This document shows positions 30,299 to 41,417 of a stretch of DNA of 64,000 bases, one piece after another (position 1 is the stretch's first letter; each line of letters opens with the position of its first letter). The translations under genes and the position numbers were made by a program. Below the pieces are notes generated by a model, which saw only the letters and a list, made by a program, of their open reading frames with translations, was not told the origin of the DNA and searched no databases. The stretch spans positions 160,001 to 224,000 of the forward strand of contig CAXXWS020000003.1 in NCBI GenBank assembly GCA_963665325.3, in the 5' to 3' direction. This DNA comes from Alphaproteobacteria bacterium. Lineage in GTDB: Bacteria; Pseudomonadota; Alphaproteobacteria; Bin95.

Positions 30299-30534
30299 GC
30301 TACGGCTTCGCGGCGTTCGGCGACCGCTTCACCTCGGTCCCGGAGCTGGGCTTCGGGATGTCGGAGGGCCACCGGGAATACAGCCTCGGCTGGCGGCTGG
30401 TGCGCGACCCGCGCCCGGGCGACATCGGCTCACTGGAGTTAGCCCTGGAGGAAGGCCTCCGCAAAGCCGTCAACGACAATGCGGACGCGCCGCCGGCGCA
30501 CAGCGTCGAGCTCCGGGTGACGGCGCGCTGGTGA
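30299..30534 (+). pseudogene. C-terminal fragment of an autotransporter beta-barrel gene
   Basis: YGFAAFGDRFTSVPELGFG...REYSLGWRL...ANDN-like...HSVELRVTARW* aligns with the C-terminus of the giant adhesin; begins exactly at the IS-type end. Confidence 0.7.
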
Positions 30535-30661
30535 GGCGCGGGATGGTGCGGCGACGAGCGGACCGGAGGAGACGCAACGCGCCAGCGCGCCGCCATCGCT
30601 GTTCGAGCAGCCCGATCCGAGAGACGGCAAGCTCGTCGAGGCCGTCGGTAACCATCGCCTG

Positions 30662-31465
30662 TCAAAAGTGCATCCGCACCCCGATTTCGAACAGGTGCGC
30701 CCGCAGATCTGTCTTTACGTCGATCGCATTGCCGAGGGCGTTCCGGCCGTTGAACTCCAGGTCGTTTGCAGTCTGCAGGCGGTAACCGAATTGCAAGGTT
30801 GTCCTGTCGTTGAGCCGGTATCCCACCCCCACGCCGAAATGGTAGGCGATCGAGGTGTCCGTCGATGAAATCTCCGGCACGAAGCCGGGAGGCAAGGTTT
30901 GTGGCAAGAATGCGTTTGCCAGCGCGTTGGCGTCGTATTCCAGATCGCCCTGGTCCACCCGGATGAGGCCGACGCCGCCGCCGATATAGGGGGTCCAGTC
31001 GGAGCCCGTCTGAATGTCGAGCCAGACATTCGCCATGGCGCCCGTCTGGCTGGCGCTGCCGGAGATCGGGACATCTACCTTGCCGAGCCCGGGAATCGCC
31101 TGGCCCCCGACGGTCACGCTGCCATAAGTCTGCTTGTCCACCCTGGCCCGCGCGAAGAACAGCTCGCCCTCGACGCGCAGGTTCCCGCCGAGCCTGTAGC
31201 CCACCACGCCGGCGAGCTTGAAACCGGCCTTGTATTCGGAGGTGGCCTTCGCGCTGTAAGGCGCCGGGTTGCCTGCGATCATGTTGCTGCCGGTCGTCTT
31301 CGACTCCGTGTCGTCGATGAACATGACCGGAACCTGAAAGCCGAGATACCAGGGCGAGTCCGCCGCCTGCGCCTGTGACAGGGAAGCGCACGGGGCAAGG
31401 AGCGCAAGGGTTGCAATCGCGGAAATCCGAAAGGCAGGTCTTTCAACAAGGCGGCGGCCTGTCAT
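30662..31465 (-). CDS. Outer-membrane beta-barrel protein (Opa/OmpW-like 8-strand family)
   Basis: Signal peptide; VGYRL...LRVEGE, MANVWLD, WTPYIGGGVG, AYHFGVGVGY, terminal GVRMHF. Confidence 0.85.
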   Translation of the reverse strand: MTGRRLVERPAFRISAIATLALLAPCASLSQAQAADSPWYLGFQVPVMFIDDTESKTTGSNMIAGNPAPYSAKATSEYKAGFKLAGVVGYRLGGNLRVEGELFFARARVDKQTYGSVTVGGQAIPGLGKVDVPISGSASQTGAMANVWLDIQTGSDWTPYIGGGVGLIRVDQGDLEYDANALANAFLPQTLPPGFVPEISSTDTSIAYHFGVGVGYRLNDRTTLQFGYRLQTANDLEFNGRNALGNAIDVKTDLRAHLFEIGVRMHF

Positions 31466-31871
31466 GCGCTGTTTCCTCCCGACATGTACGATTTTCCACA
31501 TTCAACCATTTTACAGTTGCATGATTTGTGGCCGTTTGTGATGCGACATTGCTGCTGCGCTTGGCGTTCTTGTTGCTGGAGGACCACTGCGGGATTTCGG
31601 AAGACCTGTGCGAGGCAGAGCTACTCGACCGCAATTCTTTGGCCGGTCTCGACCGACAACGACAACGCAACGGGTTGTACGGACCCCTCTACGGGGAGAT
31701 CAAGATCGACCCCGGCAAACTGCGGCTCTCCCGGCGTTAGCGTGCATTTCTGCACGAATCTGGCTCATACCCTCGTGCCAATCATCGGGATTCGCGTCGG
31801 CATGCGACTCCAGTTGACGCGGTGGGGGTCCGGACCGTATCCCGGCCGTCGCGGAAAGGGAGGGTAAACCG

Positions 31872-34193
31872 TTGAACGGCAACGACGAGCCGACCGCGCC
31901 GGACGCGCGCATCGGGGAGAGCCCCGACCTCGATACGCTGCTCACCGAGGCGCTGGTGGAGGTGCGCGCGCTGACCGGCGCCCGCTACGGCGGCGTCGCG
32001 ACCCTGGAGGGGGGCGGGCAGGCGCACCGGTTCGTGACCTCGGGCCTCGCGGAAGAGGAGCGCGCCCGGCTCGCGGCGTGGCCCGACGGTCCGCGCCTCA
32101 TCGAACATCTCCGGGAGATTGACGGACCGCTGAGGCTCGCGGACGCCGCTGCCTATGCAGACTCCCTCGGCCTGGCGTCGGACGGGTCGCTGCTGCCGAA
32201 GAACTTTCTGGGAATGCCGCTGCGTCGCGGCGGCGCCGACGCCGGATACCTGTTTCTCGCGGACAAGGAAGGGGCGTTCACGGAGGAGGACGAGAGGGTC
32301 CTGCTGCAGGTCGCCTCGCACGCCGCGGCCATCGTCGCCGATGCCCCCGGGGAAGGCGCCGCCGGGCGCCTGCGGGCCACTCTCGAGGCGGTGATCCAGA
32401 CCGCGCCGGTCGGCGTCGTGGTGTTCGACGCTGCGACCAGCAACGTGCTGTCGATCAATCAGGAGTGCAAGCGCATCGTCGAGGGGCTGCGCACGCCCGG
32501 CCGCAGCTCCGAGCAGATGCTCGAGGTCATCACCGTCCGGCGCGCTGACGGCGCCGAGATCGACCTCGCCGAGTACCCGCTCGCGAGCGTGCTGCTCGGC
32601 GCCGAAACGGTGCGCGGGGAGGAAATCGTCGCCTCGACCCCCGATGGGCGCAAGGTCACCATGCTGGTCAGCACCACCCCGGTCCGGTCCGCCGCCGGCG
32701 ACATCGAGCGGGTGATCGTCACCATGCAGGACCTCGCGCCGATCCAGGAACTCGAACGCCTGCGCTCGGAGTTCCTCGGCATGGTGAGCCACGAGCTGCG
32801 CGCGCCGCTGACCTCGATCAAGGGCTCGGCCACCACCCTGCTGGAGACCGGCCCGGATCTCGACCCGGCGGTGATGCGTGAGTTCCACCGCATCATCGCT
32901 GCTCAGGCCGATCACATGAACGGCCTCATCAACGACCTGCTCGACGCCGGGCGCATCGATGCGGGCACACTCTCGGTGTCGCCCGAGCCCTCGGAACTGG
33001 AGGCTCTGGTGGACCGGGCGCGCAACACGTTCCTTTCCGGCGGCGGGCTGCACACCGTGCTGGTCGATCTGCCGCCGGATCTGCCCCGGGTGATGGCCGA
33101 CCGCCGGCGCATCGTGCAGGTGTTGAACAACCTGTTCGCCAACGCCGCCCGGCACGCCCCGGAGTCCTCCCCGATCCGGGTCGCGGCTCTGCGCGACGGG
33201 GTGCATGTCGCAGTCTCGGTCTCCGACGAGGGCAAGGGCATAGCGCCGGAGCGGCTGCCGACGCTGTTCCAGAAATACACCGGAGCGGGCGACGGCGGGC
33301 GCGAGCTCTCGGGCACCGGCCTCGGGCTCGCCATCTGCAAGGGGCTGGTGGAAGCGCATGGCGGGCGCATCCGGGCCGAGAGCGGCGGGCCGGGGCAAGG
33401 TGCGCGCCTCACCTTCACCCTGCCGGTGGCCGAGGAGGTGGCCGCGGGCGCCGCCGCCGCGCCGAGCCGGGCGGCTCCGTCCCGCGATGCGCGGGAAGGG
33501 ACCCGCATCCTGGTAGTCGACGACGATCCGCACATGCTGCGCTATGTGCGCGACGCTCTTATGGACGCGGGCTACGCGCCGCTGGTGACCGGCGACCATC
33601 GCGAACTCGCGCGCATTCTCAGGACGGAGCGGCCGCAACTGGTCGTGCTCGACCTGGTGCTGCCGGAGACCGACGGCATCGAGCTGATGGAGACCGTCCC
33701 GGATCTGGCAGACCTGCCGGTGATCTTCATCTCCGCCTACGGGCGGGACGAGACGATCGCACGGGCCTTCGAGGCGGGCGCGGTCGATTACATCGTCAAG
33801 CCGTTCTCGACGACGGAACTCACGGCGCGGATCCGGGCGGCGCTGCGCCGCCGCGCGGAGCCCGAGGCGTTTGTCCTGGGCGACCTTGCCATCCATTACG
33901 ACGAACGCCGGGTAAGCGTGGCCGGCCGCCCGGTCGAACTGACCGCCTCCGAATTCGAACTCCTGCGTGTGCTCTCGCAGGGCGCGGGACGGGTCCAGGA
34001 CTACGGGACCCTGCTGCGCCGGATCTCGGGCAAGGAGGACGACCGCGACGCCAGGAACGCCCTCCGAACCCTCGTCAAGGGCGTTCGCCAGAAGCTCGGC
34101 GAATCGGCGGACAACCCGGCCTGCATCCTGACCGAGCGCGGCGTCGGCTACCGCATGCCCCGGCCGGGGTCGATTCCGGCAGGGGGCAGGTGA
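31872..34193 (+). CDS. Hybrid sensor kinase/response regulator with DNA-binding output (GAF-PAS-HisKA-HATPase-REC-wHTH)
   Basis: SHELRAPLTSIKG, NNLFANA, DEGKGI, GTGLGLAI, ILVVDDD/LDLVLP/KPF, LTASEFELL...LTERGVGYRM; TTG start with GGGAGG RBS. Confidence 0.9.
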   Translation: MNGNDEPTAPDARIGESPDLDTLLTEALVEVRALTGARYGGVATLEGGGQAHRFVTSGLAEEERARLAAWPDGPRLIEHLREIDGPLRLADAAAYADSLGLASDGSLLPKNFLGMPLRRGGADAGYLFLADKEGAFTEEDERVLLQVASHAAAIVADAPGEGAAGRLRATLEAVIQTAPVGVVVFDAATSNVLSINQECKRIVEGLRTPGRSSEQMLEVITVRRADGAEIDLAEYPLASVLLGAETVRGEEIVASTPDGRKVTMLVSTTPVRSAAGDIERVIVTMQDLAPIQELERLRSEFLGMVSHELRAPLTSIKGSATTLLETGPDLDPAVMREFHRIIAAQADHMNGLINDLLDAGRIDAGTLSVSPEPSELEALVDRARNTFLSGGGLHTVLVDLPPDLPRVMADRRRIVQVLNNLFANAARHAPESSPIRVAALRDGVHVAVSVSDEGKGIAPERLPTLFQKYTGAGDGGRELSGTGLGLAICKGLVEAHGGRIRAESGGPGQGARLTFTLPVAEEVAAGAAAAPSRAAPSRDAREGTRILVVDDDPHMLRYVRDALMDAGYAPLVTGDHRELARILRTERPQLVVLDLVLPETDGIELMETVPDLADLPVIFISAYGRDETIARAFEAGAVDYIVKPFSTTELTARIRAALRRRAEPEAFVLGDLAIHYDERRVSVAGRPVELTASEFELLRVLSQGAGRVQDYGTLLRRISGKEDDRDARNALRTLVKGVRQKLGESADNPACILTERGVGYRMPRPGSIPAGGR

Positions 34194-34421
34194 GCGCCGT
34201 TTTTCCCGGCCCATGCCGCCAGGCGCGCGGGCCGCACGCTCAGCCGCGGAACGACCCGTGCTCATCCACCCATTCGCCGACCCGCCTCAGACCCGGTTCC
34301 CTTGCCTGTTGTTAAGCGTGGAAGATTGACCCCCTGTTGGGGGTTATCGGCGTCCAAAATTGACCCCCCATGGATTGTGTCCATGAACACGCCCTGTCGT
34401 TGGACGGACGGGGTGGGGGAG

Positions 34422-35936
34422 ATGCTGGTTGTGGAGACGATAGCGCGGATCCGTCGGGATCATCTGGTGAAGGGCGTTCCGATCAAGAAGCTGGCGCGGG
34501 ATTTGAGGGTTTCGAAGAACACGATACGCAAGGTGGTTCGGGGCGATACGACCTCGCACAGCTATGAGCGCAAGATCCAGCCGATGCCGAAGCTTGGGCC
34601 TTGGGTGGCAGAGCTTGAGCGCCAGCTGGAGGCCAACGAGAAGAAGAAGCGCCGGGATCGCCTGTCCCTGCTGCAGATCCATGAGGACCTTGGCGAGCTG
34701 GGCTACAAGGGCGGCTATGACGCGGTCCGGCGCTACGCCAGGGCGTGGCGGCGCCGACGCCGTCTGTTATCGCCGTCGCAGGCCTATGTGCCGCTGATCT
34801 TCGATCCGGGCGAGGCCTACCAGTTCGACTGGAGCCACGAGTATGCGCGTCTGGCGGGAGCGACGACCAAGGTGAAGGCGGCGCACATGCGGCTGTGCCA
34901 CAGCCGCATGTATCTGGTGCAGATCTTTCCCCGCGAGAGCCAGGAGATGGTCTTTGAGGCGCACGAGCGTGCCTTCCGCTTCTTCGGCGGGGTCTGCCGA
35001 CGGGGCATCTACGACAACATGAAGACGGCGGTGAACACGATCTTCGTCGGCAAGGAGCGTGCCTACAACCGCCGCTTCCAGGAGATGTGCTCGCACCATC
35101 TGGTGGAGCCAGTGGCGTGCACGCCAGGGGCGGGCTGGGAGAAGGGGCAGGTTGAGAAGCAGGTGGGAGACCTTCGCGGGCGTCTGTTCGCGCGCAGCCC
35201 GCGGGGCCGCTCCTACACCGAGATCAACGAGTGGCTGATGGATCGGTGCATCGAGGAGGCCAGGAAGCAGCCGCATCCGACGATCGAGGGCAAGACGGTG
35301 TGGCAGGTATTCGAGGAGGAGCGGCCCTTCCTGATGGCATACCGCGGTCCCTTCGACGGCTTCCATGCCAGCGAGGTGTCAGTCTCGAAGACCTGCCTGG
35401 TGCGCTTCGACAACAACCAGTACAGCGTCTCTGCCCGCGCGGTGGGACGGCCGGTGGACGTGCGGGCCTATGCCGAGCGGATCGTCATCCGCCAGGACGG
35501 CGAGATCGTCGCCGAGCATCCCCGGAGCTTCGGGCGCGGTCGGTTCGTCTACGATCCGTGGCATTACGTGCCGATCCTGACGAGGAAGCCCGGCGCACTG
35601 AGGAACGGCGCACCCTTCAAGGACTGGCAGTTGCCCAACGCGCTGGGCCGCCTGCGAACCCGGCTCGCCGGCCACGACGACGGCGACCGGCAGTTCGTCA
35701 AGATCCTCGCGGCGGTGCTGGAGGACGGGCTGGAGGCGGTCGAGGCGGCCTGCGCCGAGGCGCTCGCCTGCGGCGCCTGCAGCGCCGACGTCGTGCTCAA
35801 CATCCTCGCCCGGCAGCGCCAGCCGGCACCGCCGGCAATCATCCCGACGCCCGAGGGCCTGAAGCTCCGCCACCAGCCGGTGGCCGACTGTCAGCGCTAC
35901 GACAGCCTGAGGGAGGCCGGTCATGGAGCGTCATGA
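34422..35936 (+). CDS. istA: IS21 transposase
   Basis: [26 protein letters not shown] motifs. Confidence 0.95.
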   Translation: MLVVETIARIRRDHLVKGVPIKKLARDLRVSKNTIRKVVRGDTTSHSYERKIQPMPKLGPWVAELERQLEANEKKKRRDRLSLLQIHEDLGELGYKGGYDAVRRYARAWRRRRRLLSPSQAYVPLIFDPGEAYQFDWSHEYARLAGATTKVKAAHMRLCHSRMYLVQIFPRESQEMVFEAHERAFRFFGGVCRRGIYDNMKTAVNTIFVGKERAYNRRFQEMCSHHLVEPVACTPGAGWEKGQVEKQVGDLRGRLFARSPRGRSYTEINEWLMDRCIEEARKQPHPTIEGKTVWQVFEEERPFLMAYRGPFDGFHASEVSVSKTCLVRFDNNQYSVSARAVGRPVDVRAYAERIVIRQDGEIVAEHPRSFGRGRFVYDPWHYVPILTRKPGALRNGAPFKDWQLPNALGRLRTRLAGHDDGDRQFVKILAAVLEDGLEAVEAACAEALACGACSADVVLNILARQRQPAPPAIIPTPEGLKLRHQPVADCQRYDSLREAGHGAS

Positions 35937-36651
35937 TGTGCTGGAGATGATGACCCAGCTGAAGCTCGCAGGCATGCGAGCCGCCTATGACGACATCCTC
36001 GCCGACGGGCTCAAGCGCCGTCATCCGGTGCAGCAGATCATCGGTACGCTGCTGCAGGTCGAGATCGCCGACAAGAGGGCACGCTCGATCAAGTACCAGA
36101 TGGCGTCCGCCAAGCTGCCCACGGCCAAGGAACTGGCCGACTTCGACTTCGCCGGCTCGCCGGTCAACGAGCCCCTGATCCAGGAGCTCGCCGGCGGCGG
36201 CTTCCTCGAGGGCCAGCGCAACATCGTCCTGGTCGGCGGCACCGGCACCGGCAAGACCCATCTCGCCGTCGCCGTCGCGCGCTCCTGCATCCGCAAGGGC
36301 GCCCGTGGCCGCTGCTACAACGTCGTCGACCTGGTGAACCACCTCGAGGCCGAACTCCGTGCCGGGCGCCAGGGCCGCACCGCAGACCAGCTCGTCCGAC
36401 GCGACTTCGTCATCCTCGACGAACTCGGCTACCTGCCCTTCGCCCAAGCCGGCGGACAGCTCCTCTTCCACCTCATGAGCCGGCTCTACGAGCGAACCTC
36501 GATCGTCATCACCACCAACCTCGCCTTCGGCGAGTGGCCGTCCGTCTTCGGCGATCCCAAGATGACCACGGCGTTGCTCGATCGTCTCACCCACCATTGC
36601 GAGATCATCGAGACCGGCAACGAGAGCTGGCGCTTCAAGAACCGCTCCTGA
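35923..36651 (+). CDS. istB: IS21 helper ATPase
   Basis: [35 protein letters not shown]. Confidence 0.95.
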   Translation: MERHDVLEMMTQLKLAGMRAAYDDILADGLKRRHPVQQIIGTLLQVEIADKRARSIKYQMASAKLPTAKELADFDFAGSPVNEPLIQELAGGGFLEGQRNIVLVGGTGTGKTHLAVAVARSCIRKGARGRCYNVVDLVNHLEAELRAGRQGRTADQLVRRDFVILDELGYLPFAQAGGQLLFHLMSRLYERTSIVITTNLAFGEWPSVFGDPKMTTALLDRLTHHCEIIETGNESWRFKNRS

Positions 36652-36852
36652 CCCGCCGCCGGCCTCCCCTGCGGCCCGGTTGCCCCGGTGGGTCAACAGG
36701 GACCCCCCACGCGGCTTCGCTCCGCGTAGCGTGAGACGCTACACGAAGCCGCGCGGGTCCCCCCTATTGACTACCGGGACAACCTCCACCGTGCCTCTCA
36801 GGGGGTCAATTTTGCACGCCGATAGGGGGTCATTATTGAAAGCCGATTGACA

Positions 36853-37461
36853 CACCGGGTCGTGGGTGATGATGACGACGGCAACCCGCTCCTCCCGGTT
36901 GAGCCGCATCAGCAACTGCATCACCTCGTCGGCAGTGTCCGAATCGAGCGCCCCGGTCGGCTCGTCCGCCAGCACTGCCGAAGGCGTCCCCACCAGCGCC
37001 CGCGCGATCGCCACGCGCTGTTTCTGCCCGCCGGAGAGCTGGTCCGGCCTGTGGTCCAGCCGGTCGCCCATGCCGACCTTTTCGAGCACGTCCCGGGCGC
37101 GCCGGCGTATCTCCCGGCGCCCAAGGCCGCGATAGACCAGCGGCAGCGCGGCGTTCTCCAGCGCCGTCAGGTGTCCCAGCAGGTTGAAGGACTGGAACAC
37201 GAAGCCGATATGCTCGTTGCGAAGGGCCGACAGCTCCCGGTCGTTCAGGGTGGAGACGTCGCGGCCGTCCATGCGGTAGGAGCCCGAGGTCGGGCGGCCC
37301 AGCAGGCCCACAATGTTCATCAGCGTGGACTTGCCGCTGCCGGACGGTCCCATGATCGACATGAAATCGCCCGGCTGTACATCCAGGCGGATGCCTTTCA
37401 GCACCTCGACCTCGACGGGCCCCAACCTGTAAGTCTTGCGAATATCGACGAGTTCCAGCAT
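36853..37461 (-). pseudogene. MacB/LolD-type ABC ATP-binding protein, C-terminus cut off by IS21
   Basis: GPSGSGKST, LSGGQKQR, LADEPTG, ITHDP then reads into the IS21 end. Confidence 0.82.
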
Positions 37462-37545
37462 GGCGCGACACCTATCCCTCGGACCGCCGACGGGTTTCGC
37501 CTGCCTCGCGGGCGTCGAGCGCCCCGCGGCGGATGTGCAGGTTCC

Positions 37546-38940
37546 TCATCGTCCCACCCGTTCGATGCCTATGTCCCACCGGTCGAGCGTCGTGCCGAGC
37601 GTCCGGTCGAGCCCGTCCAGCGCATTGCGGTAGCCCACCACCGCATCCAGCTCGCGCCTCTGGGCGGCCACCAGGTCGTCCTCGAACCGGCCGAGCTGGA
37701 ACGCGGAAGACAGGCCCTGCTGCAGCTTGCTGCGCTCGACATCGAGCTTGCGCTCCGCCAGGTCGCGCCCCTGCCGGGCGAGGTCGATCTGGCGCAGCGC
37801 CACCGCCACGCCATGCACTGCCTGGCGTACCTCGATACGGATCGACTGGGCGCGCTCGGCAAGCTGCATCTCGGCCCGGCGCACATCGTTCCTGGCGCGA
37901 ATGAGAGCCCGCCTCGGCTCGTCGTCCTGTAGCGGCACGGTCAGATTCAGGCCCCCGCTCCAGACCGTCAGATCCTGCCCGCTGCTGTGCGAGGCCGAGG
38001 CGCTCAGCGAGAGATCCGGGAGCAGGCCGTTCTGCGCAATCCGCAGGCCCATTCGCGCCAGCTCCATCCCGATCTCGGCGGACAGCCAGTCCGTGCGGCG
38101 CGCAAAGGCCGTCTCCAGGCTCTGTTCGAGGCCCGGCCGTTCCGGCTCCACCGGAGGCTCCTCCTGCAGATCGAGACGGGTTCCCTCCTCCACGTCGAGG
38201 ATGTTCGCGAGCGACGAGTTCGCCGTCTCCAACGCATTCTCGCTGTCGCTCAGCTCGTATTCCCTGTTCGCGACCTCCGCCTCCGTCTGGAGCAGGTCCT
38301 GCGGCGCCATCCGGCCGGCTTCCACCAGCGTCCGGTTGATCTCGAGCTGCCGTTGCGCCCTCTCCAGCGCCTCGCGCGCGATCGCGGCCCGGCGCCGGGC
38401 GCTGAGCGCGCCGCGATAGGCGGAGATGACCGAACCGACGATGCCGGCAACCGTGTCCCGGTAGGCGCGAAGGTCTATCCGCTCCTGCAGCCGCGCCCGG
38501 CGGAGCGGCGCGGTGTCGATATCCGCCCCGAACCCCCTCAGCAGCGGCTGCGAGAACGACAGGTTTGTGCTCGCCTCCCGGTCCCGTTCGCCTGCCAGGG
38601 GCTTGCGCAGGCTCAGCTGGAAGGAGCCGCCGGTCGGCACCCGCAGGCTCGGCCCGATGGAAATGTCTGCCGTCTCGTCGCCCCGGCTGTGGGTGTTCGC
38701 ACCCGCGCTCAGGCTCGCCACCGGGTCGTAACGCTCTTCCGCGCTCTCCAGCGAGAGCTTCTGTTCCTCCCTGCCCAGCCGGGCCGCAATCGCGGCCCGG
38801 CTGCTCTCGAGCGCGAGCCCGATCGCCTCGCCGATCGTCAGTGGGACCGCGCCGCCGGCGGCGGGCTCCTGCGCTCCCGCAGCCTGGGCGCCCAGCAGAA
38901 GGCAGGCGGCGGCAAGAAGCGGAACCCGGCAGAGTATCAC
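37546..38940 (-). CDS. TolC-family outer membrane efflux protein
   Basis: Signal peptide after AGGAG RBS and GTG 38940; LTIGEAIGLALE, SQPLLRG, LLPDLSL, coiled-coil repeats. Confidence 0.87.
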   Translation of the reverse strand: MILCRVPLLAAACLLLGAQAAGAQEPAAGGAVPLTIGEAIGLALESSRAAIAARLGREEQKLSLESAEERYDPVASLSAGANTHSRGDETADISIGPSLRVPTGGSFQLSLRKPLAGERDREASTNLSFSQPLLRGFGADIDTAPLRRARLQERIDLRAYRDTVAGIVGSVISAYRGALSARRRAAIAREALERAQRQLEINRTLVEAGRMAPQDLLQTEAEVANREYELSDSENALETANSSLANILDVEEGTRLDLQEEPPVEPERPGLEQSLETAFARRTDWLSAEIGMELARMGLRIAQNGLLPDLSLSASASHSSGQDLTVWSGGLNLTVPLQDDEPRRALIRARNDVRRAEMQLAERAQSIRIEVRQAVHGVAVALRQIDLARQGRDLAERKLDVERSKLQQGLSSAFQLGRFEDDLVAAQRRELDAVVGYRNALDGLDRTLGTTLDRWDIGIERVGR

Positions 38941-39093
38941 GGCACTCTCCTGTGCGGTCCTCCGCAACCGGTAATTCCGCCCGCCGCACCCTGTTTCCTT
39001 CAATCGAAGGAGTTGAACGAATGTCGATGAGATATTGGACCGGCTTTCCCGCATTCGGGGGAATCTCCGCGTCTCAACGACCATGATGAGAAG

Positions 39094-39114
39094 TCTACAT
39101 TATACGATTGTAGA
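39094..39114. promoter_or_regulatory. Palindrome TCTACA-N9-TGTAGA overlapping a minus-strand TATAAT upstream of the TolC-family gene
   Basis: Seen directly in an AT-rich patch; function inferred. Confidence 0.35.
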
Positions 39115-39144
39115 ATGCTTTGCAGGCCTACCGTCGAAGCCCGG

Positions 39145-39440
39145 TTATTTCTCCTGGAGGACGACGATGGGATCGAGGCGCCGGGCCCGATAGGTCGGCT
39201 GGAAGCCGAAAAAGAGACCCATCGCGGACGAGACGCCGACGCCCGCCACCACTGATATCGGCGAGGCGAAGAACTTCCAATCGAAGAACCGGCAGACGCC
39301 GCCCGCGCAGATCACGATACCGGCGATCCTGCCGGCCACCGCCAAGTTCAGCGTTTCCAGCAGGAACTGCGGCGCATGACTGCCATGCCGCAGCAAGGGA
39401 CGCCGAATGCACTAGACGGTCGATGAGGATCGACATGGCA
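39145..39440 (-). pseudogene. Degenerate C-terminal fragment of a MacB-type permease
   Basis: QFLLETLNL...FFDWKFFASP...GLFFGFQPTYRARRLDPIVVLQ parallels the end of 41418..42632. Confidence 0.78.
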
Positions 39441-39464
39441 AACCCGAGGTCCGCGCTTGCGAGG

Positions 39465-39935
39465 TCAGGCAGCCCCGTCAGGGAAGGCGAACACCACGCC
39501 GATTTTGGGACCGATTATGTCAAGTGCAATCTGCAGTGCTTCCGCGGCGGTCATTCCCACCGGATTCAGACTGCGCTCCAGGGAGATCCCGTCAATGACC
39601 GCACTGACGCCGATTGCGAGCTTTCTGGCATCGTCCGGAGTCAATGTCTCGCTGCGCCCGGCATGGATATCGGCGATCCAGCCGCTCAGTGTCTGGATGC
39701 ACAGATCGCGGTTTGCGGTCTCCGTCCCCGTCGCATCGTTGCCCGCCGGATTGAAGAAAACGGACCTCGCAAAAGCTTCCAACCGTTTGGCTGGATCGGG
39801 TCCGGCGCCCGCCGCCTCGCGCAGATGAACTTCGGGGGCGGTCCGGCTGAAATAGCAGTAACGTTCGCTCAGCGGTCATGCCTCCCTTCGAATTCGTGTA
39901 TCGGCGGGCCGATTCAAACGGCGTTTGAGCCAAGT
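39465..39935 (-). pseudogene. Degenerate TetR (BetI-like) regulator copy
   Basis: AGPDPAKRLEAFARSVF...ADIHAGR...EALQIALD parallels 40413..41075; HTH region frameshifted. Confidence 0.72.
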
Positions 39936-40412
39936 TGACCGTACGCTACCTCATATTTCGTAATGTTGGTGTACGAATATCGACACAGACAGTGAGAATT
40001 CGATGACATTCTATGATCAAATGTAAGCGACGCGCGGCTCGCACCCTTGATTTTCACCGGCCATACATTGGCGGCAACGCGAAGAGACAGTGTATGAGCG
40101 GGGCGGAGGCGCGTCGATTCTCGATCGGGAATGCGAGACGGCGAACGCTTGCCGAGTGCGGCCCCCGGCAAGGTCCTCGACCTCCAGCGCCATCGCACGC
40201 TTGGCCGTGAACCCAACCGTGTCGCGGGGCAGGTCCGCGTCGCGGAATTCCTTTGCGACAGCGCCCGCGGGGTCATTATGTCGTTGGCGGTCGTGGTCTT
40301 CCTCGGGTCAGGCGGACTATGCAAGCCCAATCCTAACCGGCGTCGCGATGGTTTCCGCTATGATTGAGGGGGGCCCGCCGCCAGACTCCGGACGGTCGCT
40401 GCGGCGGGCCGC

Positions 40413-41075
40413 TTACCCGCAGCTACCGGCGGGTGCCTCTGCTCCTACTCCGCGCGTGGGGACACGACCCGAGAAGCGGATATCGAGCCTTGCCTCCATG
40501 AAATCCAGAGCAATTTCGAGAGCGTTCTCGGGCGACATGCGCGATGGGTGCAGGCTGCATTCCAGCCAAAGGCCATTGAATAGAGACTCGATTCCGACCG
40601 CAATTTGTCGAACCCGCTCCGGCGCGATGGCTTCCTCTCTCCCAGCATGTATCTCTGCTACGCAGTTACCTATCTCCTGAAGGTACAGGTCATACATTCT
40701 CAACCGCTCGGATGAAACTTCCGGGTCTGTTAACACCAATTCCAGAAAGCCGGTCCAGATCTTCATTTTGTTCGGGCACCTGGGGTCGACAGAAAATACA
40801 GCTCTCGTAAAAGCCTCTAACCTATTGACAGGATCCGGTCCGGCACTGGTTGCGTCGTAGAAATACGTCATGAGCACATTACGCAAATAATGTCGATACG
40901 CCTCTGCCATCAACTCGGATTTTCCAGGAAAATAATATCGAAGAAGACCTGCGGTTACACCGGCAATTCTGGCGATTTCCCGCACCGAAGAACGATGATA
41001 TCCATATTCTGCAATGCAATCCAAAGCCGCATCTATGAGCAGCTGACGTCCGCCTCCTTTGGGCTTCCCTGCCAT
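40413..41075 (-). CDS. TetR-family transcriptional regulator (BetI-like C-terminus)
   Basis: LIDAALDCIAEYGY..SSVREIARIAGVTAGLLRYYFPGKSEL. Confidence 0.9.
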   Translation of the reverse strand: MAGKPKGGGRQLLIDAALDCIAEYGYHRSSVREIARIAGVTAGLLRYYFPGKSELMAEAYRHYLRNVLMTYFYDATSAGPDPVNRLEAFTRAVFSVDPRCPNKMKIWTGFLELVLTDPEVSSERLRMYDLYLQEIGNCVAEIHAGREEAIAPERVRQIAVGIESLFNGLWLECSLHPSRMSPENALEIALDFMEARLDIRFSGRVPTRGVGAEAPAGSCG

Positions 41076-41417
41076 GAGCCTCTATTTCCTGTCCCTTACG
41101 GGTTCGGACAGCGCCTTCCATTACTCGGAACGAGTGCCTTCGTGTCAAGCCATCATGCAATTCGTGCATGCAATCAATCGAATTTTCATACCAGCTATCA
41201 CATTATATGGACGTTCACCGATTATATGGGCATATTTCGTGAAGATGACAGCATGAAAGCAATATTCCTATATATACGTATAGCATCAACGCACGGCTCG
41301 ATCATCGGTTGGCTGCAGGATTCAACCAAGCTGATCGATCCCAAAGGCCGATGGGCGTCTACCCGACAATGGCATCCTCGGCAGGAACACGTCCCAACCC
41401 TCCGTTGGGGTATGCCA

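Larger units (their letters stand above)
34307..36852 (+). mobile_element. IS21-family insertion sequence (2,546 bp), no target duplication
   Basis: TGT...ACA ends with repeated TGACCCC boxes at both termini; istA-istB inside. Confidence 0.93.

Noticed and set aside
31782-34265. 827-aa minus-strand ORF
   Set aside because: Shadow of the hybrid kinase gene
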